From the sequence record PP236086.1: a stretch of 64,000 nucleotides of DNA; one strand, given 5' to 3'. Below, one piece after another: positions 1 to 7,959 of this stretch (its first letter is position 1; every line of letters starts with the position of its first letter). This DNA comes from Enterobacter phage ZX14. Below the pieces are notes generated by a model. The model was given only the letters and a program-made list of their open reading frames with translations, was not told where the DNA came from and did not search any database. The position numbers and the translations under genes are program-made.

Positions 1-190
1 CTGCTTCCTGTTGTGTGATACGACCATTACAAACCCGACCCATTAATCGATCAAGCTCATCACGTGCTACATTGTATGAAGGGTTTTTAGTAATCAATTG
101 TCCTATGCCAATAGTCCAAAAACCTTCAGTGTCTTTGTATAATTCTAATTTACAGCCTTCGTCAATACGAAGCATACCAAAAATGTCCAT
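1..190 (-). CDS. e: Lysozyme (endolysin), N-terminal portion; gene runs off the window start
   Basis: The reverse-strand translation starts [35 protein letters not shown], closely matching the T4 lysozyme N-terminus [33 protein letters not shown]. The ATG is the complement of 188-190, preceded by an AGGAGG SD at 192-200. Confidence 0.85.
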   Translation of the reverse strand, partial: MDIFGMLRIDEGCKLELYKDTEGFWTIGIGQLITKNPSYNVARDELDRLMGRVCNGRITQQEA

Positions 191-222
191 AGGACCTCCT
201 ATCTAATTGATAGAAGTATTTA

Positions 223-699
223 TCAACCTACAGACTTGCTTTCTTTTGGGAACAGGCGTTGCATTACATTGAACAGACTTGGTCCCATGACATAATTCCA
301 TTGAGATGGTTTAATCAATGCAAATGCGTCAATTTCAGGGAACCGTTCACCAGTTTCACGGTCTTCATGGTATGCCGTACAGACACAATCCTTGAACTGC
401 TCGTGGCGGACAGGGAGCGGATAAATGAACAGATGCAAATCTTTATTACTTGCGTACTTCTGTCGTCCTAGGTCTACCAGGAGCGCAGGATTGTAGTCAA
501 TAAAACCGGTTTCTTCGCGGCACTCACGTACTGCGGCTTCAAGAGCAGATTCGCCCTCTTCAATATGTCCTTTAGGGATATCCCAACGAGAAGGCATTCC
601 AGGAGCAAGGCTTGAATTAGTCACACGGCCCATGAATAGTTCTTTATCTTCGGTGAAGAATAAAATCCCAGCCGATACTTCTTTTTTAATTATGGCCAT
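223..699 (-). CDS. nudE: Nudix hydrolase NudE (e.1)
   Basis: Nudix box GHIEEGESALEAAVRECREETG is present. The gene sits directly upstream of e as in T4. Start is taken at M7 (699), preceded by AAGGA; the ORF track begins it at 717. Confidence 0.85.
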   Translation of the reverse strand: MAIIKKEVSAGILFFTEDKELFMGRVTNSSLAPGMPSRWDIPKGHIEEGESALEAAVRECREETGFIDYNPALLVDLGRQKYASNKDLHLFIYPLPVRHEQFKDCVCTAYHEDRETGERFPEIDAFALIKPSQWNYVMGPSLFNVMQRLFPKESKSVG

Positions 700-1006
700 T
701 ACGGCATCCTTTAACAAAATCGGTTAATTGCACATTTTGTAAATTCTTTTCTTGTCTTTTTGCTTTAATCTTATCATTTATATGAATATGAATAGCACCA
801 CAAATGCCACCTATAATAATAGCACCTCCATAAGAAATAAATGCTAAAGCGAGCATTGCTACAAAATGGAATGGGTGGAATGGTGTAAAGCCAAACAGCC
901 AAATTGCACTCCCGACCAAGAAGACCCAATACCATGCGGCCATCCACTTATCACAATAATAATCATATTCATTTCGTGGGATTCTGTTTCTAACTTCTAC
1001 GCCCAT
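686..1006 (-). CDS. small membrane protein, paralog of the next ORF
   Basis: Two predicted TM helices. The C-terminus ends FVKGCRNGHN, and that coding sequence overlaps the SD and ATG of nudE. Start is taken at the internal M preceded by AAGGATGCCGTAATGG. Confidence 0.5.
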   Translation of the reverse strand: MGVEVRNRIPRNEYDYYCDKWMAAWYWVFLVGSAIWLFGFTPFHPFHFVAMLALAFISYGGAIIIGGICGAIHIHINDKIKAKRQEKNLQNVQLTDFVKGCRNGHN

Positions 1007-1502
1007 TACGGCATCCTTTAATGAATTTATCGAATTCTTTTTGCTTAGCTTCTGTTTTCTCACGGCGTCTAAGGAATGGATAGTGAATCCCATAAGCCAC
1101 AATACCGGTAAGAAGAGCTAAAGCACCACCAACCAAAACAGAGAAAATAACCCAAGGAACAATACAGACCAATGAAATAAAAATAGCACCGGCGATAGGG
1201 AGTCCTTTAGCCATTAAGATTGGCCATAAGAAGAAATATACCGTCAATGGATACCCAAGCCAACCTAATGAGTGCATCCCTACATCAACATTACGGTCAA
1301 CGTTATCATACCAGTATTCTTTTTCAACTTCAGTTTTCTTTTCTGGATAAGATATATTAGGTTGATATCCACGGCTCATATTATAATCCTCAATTAAAAT
1401 TAATTTTACTTCAATTGGACATCCTGTCCAATCTACCCAATCTACTGGAATGCCATAAAACGGATCGTCCAGATTACGCCAATGAATTTGATGAATAGCC
1501 AT
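990..1502 (-). CDS. membrane protein
   Basis: Several hydrophobic helices. The C-terminus ends FIKGCRNGRRS, and the same 19-nt junction sequence recurs as at 699-717. Its start overlaps the upstream stop (TAATG). Confidence 0.5.
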   Translation of the reverse strand: MAIHQIHWRNLDDPFYGIPVDWVDWTGCPIEVKLILIEDYNMSRGYQPNISYPEKKTEVEKEYWYDNVDRNVDVGMHSLGWLGYPLTVYFFLWPILMAKGLPIAGAIFISLVCIVPWVIFSVLVGGALALLTGIVAYGIHYPFLRRREKTEAKQKEFDKFIKGCRNGRRS

Positions 1503-2215
1503 TACCAGCCTTCCATAGGGAACTCAAGATAAACCTGAGCGTTCACTCTGATTTCGTTGGTAATCTTTTTGACTCGGTCTGTGTTACGGGAGACTCGACC
1601 GAACCAGCGCCACCCATTTTTAACAGCCTTAGAACCAGTGTGCCAGGTAGCATGGTTGAATTGAAGTAATGTACGGTCTGGAGCTTCCCATTGCTTAAGG
1701 TTACCGTCTTCGATGTGACGTAAGACTTCTGGATGCCAGTGCTTGTAAATAGTTTTGCCTTCAGGAACTTCAGAAAACGTAGCACGTCCTGTCGCAAAAT
1801 GAGTAGGACACACATCAGCGTTAACGAGCCCAATAATATGTTCAGAAAGGTAACGAGGGTTATCATAATCAGGTTGACCTGCAGTTAAGAAATGCTGACC
1901 TGCTGGAATATCAGGACGTGGAACGTCATCATGGTGGTAGCCAGGGATAGCAGGATACCAGCCAGGCATCAGCATATGAATACGAGTATCAATTACAACT
2001 TGGTCGTTATTCCAATCATCAGGCAGATTCATGATGAAGCTACGAGTGATAGGACCGCCATTATCAAAAGCGAAAGCTAAATCACAGTTGAAGAACATTG
2101 TTTCGTTCTTGATTTTGTCATTAGAAATACGACCAGCAAAACTACCTACAGCACGAGCTTGAGAATCAAAAGTTTTTGGACCATTCATAATATTTTCCTC
2201 ATTAAAGGAGGACAT
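1502..2215 (-). CDS. hypothetical protein, possible 2OG-Fe(II) oxygenase-like
   Basis: 237 aa ORF with a GAGGAAAA SD and an early promoter upstream. It contains HHD...H and RxFGRVS stretches suggestive of an HxD...H facial triad; no certain family assignment. Confidence 0.5.
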   Translation of the reverse strand: MSSFNEENIMNGPKTFDSQARAVGSFAGRISNDKIKNETMFFNCDLAFAFDNGGPITRSFIMNLPDDWNNDQVVIDTRIHMLMPGWYPAIPGYHHDDVPRPDIPAGQHFLTAGQPDYDNPRYLSEHIIGLVNADVCPTHFATGRATFSEVPEGKTIYKHWHPEVLRHIEDGNLKQWEAPDRTLLQFNHATWHTGSKAVKNGWRWFGRVSRNTDRVKKITNEIRVNAQVYLEFPMEGW

Positions 2216-2223
2216 CTTATCAT

Positions 2224-2242
2224 GTCCTCACTCTGTTGTAAA
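2224..2242 (-). promoter_or_regulatory. T4-type early promoter with -10 inside a hairpin
   Basis: Minus strand reads GTTTAC, an 18-nt spacer, then TAAGAT. An 8-bp inverted repeat GAGGACAT/ATGTCCTC flanks the -10. Confidence 0.5.
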
Positions 2243-2674
2243 CTATGGAAGTAAATTGCCGCCGGTTACTTTCTTGATTTCACCTGCAAAACCTAATGCA
2301 ATTTCACGTTCACGGTTCTTAGCGTTCAACAGATTTTCTTTGGCGTACTTACGGGTATTCCACCATTTTTTGATAAAACCGTTTGTAGATATTTCACCTG
2401 TACGAGTGCTCATACGGTTTGTTCGTACGAGATGGATATAACGTGAATAACGGGTCCAAAAATATATTTGTTGAACAAAAGCTGTAATCCAAGTAAAGAA
2501 CCAGACTTGCGTACTTCCTTGGAACCAAGGCCCGAAGATAGAAAGTCCCCAATAAGTAAATGCACCCATGATACCAGCGCAGGCAAAACTGATTAAAATA
2601 ATAGCAAAGAACTTTTCTGTTTTCCAAAGCCAATCAGAATTAGTATGCCATAAGTACAGTTGTTTGATAATCAT
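2243..2674 (-). CDS. membrane protein
   Basis: 143 aa with hydrophobic helices (FFAIILISFACAGIMGAFTYWGLSIFGPWF). Tightly packed with its neighbours. Confidence 0.5.
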   Translation of the reverse strand: MIIKQLYLWHTNSDWLWKTEKFFAIILISFACAGIMGAFTYWGLSIFGPWFQGSTQVWFFTWITAFVQQIYFWTRYSRYIHLVRTNRMSTRTGEISTNGFIKKWWNTRKYAKENLLNAKNREREIALGFAGEIKKVTGGNLLP

Positions 2675-2676
2675 TT

Positions 2677-3606
2677 TCAGTCCTTCTTAAATGGCAGAAT
2701 CATGTGCTGGTTTTTCTTGAAGCGTTCGATGTAATCATTTACGCCAAGCGTTTTATACATATGGACTACTTTATGGTAGTTTTCCCATGCATATTCACGG
2801 AACCAACCACTCGTAATTGACGTACAGACCTTCTCTAGGGCCATCATGAACGAATGTTCTGAAGATACATTCTTGAAGTCATTAGGGACCTGAGAACGTT
2901 CCAGGGCTAACACACAAGTCTCTTCATAGACACCTGCCAGTTTAATAGCTTCAGGTAATGCTTCGAACTTTTCACGACTTGTCATTACTTCAGAACCGTC
3001 TTTCATATAGAAAGTATATGCAGGACGATCCGCCAGAGCTACGGCACGATGGATGCTATCATGGTCCAAAGTGTAAATCGTATCATTAAAGAAAGTATTT
3101 TTGTTTACATCCAGTTTAGGATGATTGTAGTTCAAAGTTTCCTTTTCACGTTCTTTGACGATCAGCTCGAGCTGAGCAGTTAATTTAACGCCTTTATTAC
3201 GAAGGAAACGAATATGTTGCATTGTCTTACGGAAGAATGGGTTGTTCTTCTTATAGCGATGAGAAAGCTTAATAGCCAAGCACATCTCTGGAGTAGCCCA
3301 ATGGAAACCTGAAAGATTATCTTTTTTCAAAAATGTTTGGGCGTATTCAGCCAGCATAATATTAGAACCAGATTTATCAGTCCAGTCGAAAAGATATGCT
3401 TCAAAATATGTTTCGCGGCCATTATGGTGGCATTTAAAAGCACGAACGTTAGGAGTATTAACTTCTACTTCAGCACCCATCATACGGCATTTGAAATCTT
3501 GCCATGCATTAGTTGAGGCAATGAAGTCCCAGTCAGAATTTTTGATATCGTCAGAGCCAATCAAACCATGGTGCTCAAGAGCACGCGAACCGATAACTAA
3601 TAACAT
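2677..3606 (-). CDS. hypothetical protein, putative nucleotidyltransferase-fold (Pol beta superfamily) N-terminus
   Basis: 309 aa. The N-terminus IGSRALEHHGLIGSDDIKNSDWDFI resembles the GS...SDxDh motif of minimal NTases. A GAGGAAAAT SD and an early promoter lie upstream. Confidence 0.5.
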   Translation of the reverse strand: MLLVIGSRALEHHGLIGSDDIKNSDWDFIASTNAWQDFKCRMMGAEVEVNTPNVRAFKCHHNGRETYFEAYLFDWTDKSGSNIMLAEYAQTFLKKDNLSGFHWATPEMCLAIKLSHRYKKNNPFFRKTMQHIRFLRNKGVKLTAQLELIVKEREKETLNYNHPKLDVNKNTFFNDTIYTLDHDSIHRAVALADRPAYTFYMKDGSEVMTSREKFEALPEAIKLAGVYEETCVLALERSQVPNDFKNVSSEHSFMMALEKVCTSITSGWFREYAWENYHKVVHMYKTLGVNDYIERFKKNQHMILPFKKD

Positions 3607-3640
3607 AATATTTTCCTCTTAAGGTTATCCCAGTAGGGTC

Positions 3641-3670
3641 ACTATAACATGACCCTAGATGTTTGTAAAC
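3641..3670 (-). promoter_or_regulatory. T4-type early promoter
   Basis: Minus strand reads GTTTAC-N18-TATAGT. The inverted repeat TAGGGTCA/TGACCCTA encloses the -10. Confidence 0.5.
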
Positions 3671-3672
3671 TG

Positions 3673-3903
3673 CTAGATTTCGTAACAATACGTATTGTGC
3701 GTTTCGATGTAATCTTCAAGAGAAGAGCATACTAACGGGTCTGTAGTACCACAGACATCTTCATTATATGGGTCAATGCCACAGTGGGCATCTTCAAATC
3801 GAACACCATAGTCAGACTTTTTATAACTGACACCGAAGATTTGTTTAAACTTCTTACGAGAGATTTTGTGGCACTCTCCATCACCATTAGGATGATACAT
3901 CAT
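3673..3903 (-). CDS. small Cys/His-rich hypothetical protein
   Basis: ORF with a GAGGTAAACGTT SD before the internal Met at 3903. Several Cys residues (CHK..CGID..CGTT..C). Confidence 0.4.
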   Translation of the reverse strand: MMYHPNGDGECHKISRKKFKQIFGVSYKKSDYGVRFEDAHCGIDPYNEDVCGTTDPLVCSSLEDYIETHNTYCYEI

Positions 3904-3913
3904 AACGTTTACC

Positions 3914-4111
3914 TCAACAAGAATAGGATGATGACTGCCAACCATTGATAATCATGGAGTTGCCATCAACTTGAATAGCTTCACCAAGGTCTAACCCAGA
4001 ACGATCATCAAAATAGATATGGACCATTTCGCGCTCATCAGAGGCAACTTGGAACAGGTTTTCAAGGGCTGCTTTAGCCGTACGTACTGCACAATCTAAT
4101 TCACGAGACAT
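3914..4111 (-). CDS. small hypothetical protein, member A of the W-x-SSS-x-x-C C-terminal paralog family
   Basis: 65 aa ending GWQSSSYSC. Its start overlaps the neighbouring gene. Confidence 0.5.
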   Translation of the reverse strand: MSRELDCAVRTAKAALENLFQVASDEREMVHIYFDDRSGLDLGEAIQVDGNSMIINGWQSSSYSC

Positions 4112-4379
4112 TTTGATTTCCTCTACACATTTGAATGAAGGACTCGAGGCTAATCTCGTCCTTGTTTACTTCTGTAAACGGCTCCCATAACACTTTAATA
4201 GGGTTCCAGACCATATCAGGCCAAGTGAATGGGTCTGGTTGTTGACGATGATATACGGCTACTGCACGTCTGATATATTCAGTAACATAAATCGAATGTT
4301 CTACATATGACAAAGAAATGCATGTAGTGCTGTCAGTGCCATCGATTTCAAGGTAACCATCTACTATACGAAGTTTCAT
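4101..4379 (-). CDS. hypothetical protein
   Basis: 92 aa with a strong SD (AAAGGAGGAAATATG) and an early promoter immediately upstream at 4408-4437. Confidence 0.55.
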   Translation of the reverse strand: MKLRIVDGYLEIDGTDSTTCISLSYVEHSIYVTEYIRRAVAVYHRQQPDPFTWPDMVWNPIKVLWEPFTEVNKDEISLESFIQMCRGNQNVS

Positions 4380-4407
4380 ATTTCCTCCTTTATAAACAAG
4401 TACGGGT

Positions 4408-4437
4408 ATCTTATCACTAAGACACCCGTTTGTAAAC
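4408..4437 (-). promoter_or_regulatory. T4-type early promoter
   Basis: Minus strand reads GTTTAC-N18-TAAGAT. The inverted repeat ACGGGTGTC/GATACCCGT encloses the -10. Confidence 0.5.
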
Positions 4438-4439
4438 TG

Positions 4440-4673
4440 CTAGCAATTCTGCATAGAAGAACTATACCAGAAGCCTTGGTCGTGTGGCAGATAGTTTTCT
4501 TCACGAATCCATTTGTATTCGTCCCACTCATCAGAAGATGCTGGGATGTACTGCTCGTTACCGGCCCAGAAGTGTTCACCTGTTGCTTCGGCGATTTCTT
4601 CACCTTTAGAAATCAGAGCAGAAATGCCTTTAGCAATATCATCAACAGTGTTTACGTCAAATTCAAATTTCAT
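4440..4673 (-). CDS. small hypothetical protein, family member B
   Basis: 77 aa ending GFWYSSSMQNC. Confidence 0.5.
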   Translation of the reverse strand: MKFEFDVNTVDDIAKGISALISKGEEIAEATGEHFWAGNEQYIPASSDEWDEYKWIREENYLPHDQGFWYSSSMQNC

Positions 4674-4682
4674 TTTATTTCC

Positions 4683-4913
4683 TTAACAAGAAGAAGGTTG
4701 CCAGATAGAGCCATCAGCTTCTACATGGAATTCGCGGCCAACTTCTTCGCCGTAGCAAGAAGAATTATTCCAGTCATCAAAACGCATACTACCATCATAG
4801 GTATTGAATTCAAAACCGAAAGAATCGGCAGAAGCCAGTTCGCTTACTTTGTTGAACAGAATGGCAAGTTCTTTAGCTGCTTGTTCGAGTTCAATATTAC
4901 CAGATATAGACAT
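4683..4913 (-). CDS. small hypothetical protein, family member C
   Basis: 76 aa ending IWQPSSC. Confidence 0.5.
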   Translation of the reverse strand: MSISGNIELEQAAKELAILFNKVSELASADSFGFEFNTYDGSMRFDDWNNSSCYGEEVGREFHVEADGSIWQPSSC

Positions 4914-4922
4914 AATGTTTCC

Positions 4923-5207
4923 TTAGCATTCCATAGAAGATGATACCCAACCACCTGATTCGAGGCTGGTATAATATGAGTGTTGGTTGACGGTGGCCCA
5001 ATTTGGCTTGCCTTGTTCGGTATAATGCTCAAGTTCCTTTTTCAAGAATCCAGGAGAATAATACGTTCCGCCCATACCATAAGCAGGGGCGATTTCAAAA
5101 CTCAGGTCGTATTTGTCAGCGACTTTCTTTGCTTGATTAATAGCTTCAGAAATGGCCGCTTCAGCAGCAGCCATCGCAAGTTCAGGTTTGTGTTTAGACA
5201 TTAGCAC
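4923..5207 (-). CDS. small hypothetical protein, family member D
   Basis: 94 aa ending GWVSSSMEC. Contains a TYYSPG motif. Confidence 0.5.
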   Translation of the reverse strand: MLMSKHKPELAMAAAEAAISEAINQAKKVADKYDLSFEIAPAYGMGGTYYSPGFLKKELEHYTEQGKPNWATVNQHSYYTSLESGGWVSSSMEC

Positions 5208-5518
5208 ATCTCACTTGAAGAAATCCAGGTACCTTCAACCAGATTACCGTTTTCATCAAGTTCGTAATCGTATTGACGGCATGCGTATTCAATATAGTTA
5301 TCTTCGGCATTAGTGCCTTTAGGATAATAGGTCTCACCATTGCCATAATCGCCACGGCTCATAGAAATACCATATTGGTCCATCAGTTGTTCTGCACGAG
5401 CTTCATCTACAGGTTCTAGAAGAGCTTCAATTGCTTTGCGAGCAGAGGCCGCATCGGTAATCAGAGGGATACGAGTTTCAACAACTTCAAAGGCCTGGTT
5501 TTTCAGTTTCTTACTCAT
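5201..5518 (-). CDS. small hypothetical protein, family member E
   Basis: 105 aa ending TWISSSEMC. Contains an ETYYPKG motif. Confidence 0.5.
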   Translation of the reverse strand: MSKKLKNQAFEVVETRIPLITDAASARKAIEALLEPVDEARAEQLMDQYGISMSRGDYGNGETYYPKGTNAEDNYIEYACRQYDYELDENGNLVEGTWISSSEMC

Positions 5519-5880
5519 TTTCTTCTCACATTTTTAATAAAAAGTTCAGTTGATTTACGCTCATTAACTAAATCATGAGCAGCTCTTTCTGCCATATATT
5601 CTTTGTTATGTTTCTTCCATGGAAGATATTCTTTAAAGAAATAACTTACACGTTCACTTTGATAGGTCAAATACCAAGATAATGGAAACCCACAAATCAA
5701 ATATTTTGTTGTTTCAACTACCCAAGGCGCAACTTTATCTTTCATGCCTTTATCAAAAATAAGCATATCGGCAAAACAAAAAGCAAGAGCTAATACAGCA
5801 GAAAGAAAAGCCGCTATTAAAAATGAACCAAACCAATCTAAGTTACGACGAAATGTAGGCTTCATTCTATAGTACATCAT
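5515..5880 (-). CDS. membrane protein
   Basis: TM segment FGSFLIAAFLSAVLALAFCF. Start is taken at the Met preceded by AAGGAG (5878-5880). Confidence 0.45.
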   Translation of the reverse strand: MMYYRMKPTFRRNLDWFGSFLIAAFLSAVLALAFCFADMLIFDKGMKDKVAPWVVETTKYLICGFPLSWYLTYQSERVSYFFKEYLPWKKHNKEYMAERAAHDLVNERKSTELFIKNVRRK

Positions 5881-6571
5881 AGGCTCCTTTACGGGCTTTA
5901 ATATTAGCACGACATTGGTCTACGAAATCTAAGACAATAATAGAACGGTCCTGATTTCGACCTTTAGCCTTATGGAAATATTCGTCGATTTTAGGGAACC
6001 AATATTCTTTCAAGGATTTAATCTTATCACTGGTATAAGAAAGCTTACCAATGACCGTATCACCCGTAGTAATAATAACACCGAACTTAGTTTTGTTGAA
6101 TTCAAGAGCAATGTAGTATGTATTATCACTACGATTATTAAAAGCAGAAACAGACTTTTTCAATGATTGCCAATTCCGCTCATCATTATTAAAGGCAAAA
6201 ATTGAATATTCTAACGAGTAGATATCAATGATTTTAAGCTGCCCGTGTCCATCTACTTCTTTAAAGAACTTAATGATGTTATTCATATCATTAAGAACAA
6301 ATGCTGGTGCCAACCCCGCTTTAAAATCATTAGAACCAATAGAAGACCTTGATGGAGCCCAGTCACTATTCGTTATTTTTGAACTAGGGTACTTTGCTGC
6401 AATTTTAATAATATCCATTGGTAAACGAGTATTAACAGCAAAACTCTGAATCATATCTCGTTGATTGTGTTTTAAATGACGAGTTACAGCAATCAATTCA
6501 TCCGTGTATTCAGCGCTATTGACACCTGATTTAGGCGAAATATCAGGCCCACAACCTTCGTAAAAACTCAT
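5867..6571 (-). CDS. hypothetical protein (234 aa)
   Basis: Long ORF with an SD (GAGGAAAATATT ATG). No family recognised. Confidence 0.5.
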   Translation of the reverse strand: MSFYEGCGPDISPKSGVNSAEYTDELIAVTRHLKHNQRDMIQSFAVNTRLPMDIIKIAAKYPSSKITNSDWAPSRSSIGSNDFKAGLAPAFVLNDMNNIIKFFKEVDGHGQLKIIDIYSLEYSIFAFNNDERNWQSLKKSVSAFNNRSDNTYYIALEFNKTKFGVIITTGDTVIGKLSYTSDKIKSLKEYWFPKIDEYFHKAKGRNQDRSIIVLDFVDQCRANIKARKGAYDVL

Positions 6572-6610
6572 AATATTTTCCTCAAGATGTTAATCTTAAT
6601 TATCCCAGTA

Positions 6611-6628
6611 AGAGGGCCGAAGCCCTCT
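6611..6628 (-). terminator. UUCG-tetraloop hairpin downstream of the PspA-like gene
   Basis: Minus strand reads AGAGGGC-UUCG-GCCCUCU. There is no long U-run, so it may be a stabiliser rather than a terminator. Confidence 0.4.
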
Positions 6629-6633
6629 TCATA

Positions 6634-7227
6634 TTATTTCAGACTTGCCAGATATTCTTCAACATCAGCTTCAGTCGTTACAGTGCCAGGTTCAGCAGTG
6701 TGGAAGGTGTCAACTTTCATCAGAGTATCATCGACGGCAACTTTGGCCAGTGCAGCGATTTCAGTTACATCTTCGGCAGTTGCAACACCAAGAGCAGCAG
6801 CGCTACGAGTTTCACGGATGAATTCGAGCTTAACAGCCAGGTCTTGACGAGCATCGTCCAGCTCAACTACTTTCTGTTCGATTTCTTGACGCATGCCTAC
6901 ATATTCGTCTGCTTTCTTAATCAAAGCTTCAGCAGTACGACGATACAGAAGACCAAGCTTAGCATGAGTGCCTACAGGCTGACCATTTGCCAGGAGACGC
7001 TTGATTTCTTTTTCTTTACTTTCGGCCAGAGTAGTTTTTTCTGCGGCCAGAGCACGGATGCGTTTTTCTTCGTTGATGGATTTCACATGGCTGGTACGCA
7101 GCATAGTGATTTTATCAATCAGAAGGTTAGCAGCTTCAGTGTACTGGTCTTCTACAGTAGTGTTACGAGCAACAAAAGAACCCAGTTTAGCACGGATGAA
7201 TTCAACCAGTTTTTTCAGAATAGCCAT
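6634..7227 (-). CDS. PspA/IM30-family (phage shock protein A-like) coiled-coil protein
   Basis: 197 aa. The N-terminus [28 protein letters not shown] parallels the PspA N-terminus ([25 protein letters not shown]). Coiled-coil heptads run throughout. An early promoter lies upstream and a UUCG hairpin downstream. Confidence 0.55.
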   Translation of the reverse strand: MAILKKLVEFIRAKLGSFVARNTTVEDQYTEAANLLIDKITMLRTSHVKSINEEKRIRALAAEKTTLAESKEKEIKRLLANGQPVGTHAKLGLLYRRTAEALIKKADEYVGMRQEIEQKVVELDDARQDLAVKLEFIRETRSAAALGVATAEDVTEIAALAKVAVDDTLMKVDTFHTAEPGTVTTEADVEEYLASLK

Positions 7228-7282
7228 TTTATTTTCCTTTCATGTGATTAAGAATTAAATTATATCCCGGTAGTGTAGAAGC

Positions 7283-7312
7283 ATACTAACACAACTCCTA
7301 CACGTTGTAAAC
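7283..7312 (-). promoter_or_regulatory. T4-type early promoter
   Basis: Minus strand reads GTTTAC-N18-TAGTAT with a TGT extended -10. The inverted repeat GTGTAGGAG/CTTCTACAC encloses the -10. Confidence 0.5.
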
Positions 7313-7542
7313 TACTTATAAGTTTCGATAATTTCTTCCATGAAATCAAGTACAAGATTATCAATCACAGAGTGTTCGTCTTCGCCGTGAGTTTGCATAG
7401 CAGACAGAATAATATTTTCCATTGCACGTAAAGCAGACAAGCGTTCTTCACCAGATGGGAAGTTAGGCGTCTGTCCGAACAGACGTCCAAAAGAACTGAA
7501 ATAGGCTTGTGCTGCAGCTTTAGCTTTATCAGGATAATGCAT
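7312..7542 (-). CDS. hypothetical protein (76 aa)
   Basis: ORF with a GAGGAAAATAAC SD and its own early promoter at 7552-7581. Confidence 0.5.
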   Translation of the reverse strand: MHYPDKAKAAAQAYFSSFGRLFGQTPNFPSGEERLSALRAMENIILSAMQTHGEDEHSVIDNLVLDFMEEIIETYK

Positions 7543-7551
7543 GTTATTTTC

Positions 7552-7581
7552 CTCATATTGTCTGTAGGAACATCATAACAC
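7552..7581 (-). promoter_or_regulatory. T4-type early promoter
   Basis: Minus strand reads GTTTAC-N18-TATGAT. A perfect 8-bp inverted repeat CTGTAGGA/TCCTACAG encloses the -10. Confidence 0.55.
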
Positions 7582-7604
7582 GTCCTACAGACATTGTAAA
7601 CACT

Positions 7605-7952
7605 TTATTTGTACCATTCTTCTTTCATGGCTTTAAGGACTTCAATATCTGTTTCTCTGCTGTAACGATACTCTTTCATGCGACGCAATAAGGCGATATC
7701 ACTACCAAAGTTAGAAGAAATTTCTTCAAGCACATGGTCGAACGAGTAGTAGAATCGCCCTGATGGTTTGTTGTTAGCCCTGAATTTAACAAATTTGTAA
7801 AATCCAGTATCAGGGTCTTTATAGAAGCAAAACGTACAGAAACGTAAAGCTTCAGGGCTTACAGCCCGCACAAGAAAATCTTGTTCAGAGAAAGAAATAC
7901 CTTTAGAAGGCTTAGCAAAGAACATTAAAGAGCCAGCACCAAAATAAATCAT
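7605..7952 (-). CDS. hypothetical protein
   Basis: Start is taken at the internal Met with a GAGGAAACA SD, just after the upstream stop. Confidence 0.45.
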   Translation of the reverse strand: MIYFGAGSLMFFAKPSKGISFSEQDFLVRAVSPEALRFCTFCFYKDPDTGFYKFVKFRANNKPSGRFYYSFDHVLEEISSNFGSDIALLRRMKEYRYSRETDIEVLKAMKEEWYK

Positions 7953-7959
7953 TGTTTCC

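Noticed and set aside
4476-4943. 155-aa plus-strand ORF in the early region
   Set aside because: It is antisense to three tightly packed minus-strand genes that have SDs and a promoter. It has no SD, and the region is transcribed leftward.
6700-7251. 183-aa plus-strand ORF overlapping the PspA-like gene
   Set aside because: It is antisense to a gene with a clear promoter, SD and terminator. The translation is low complexity.
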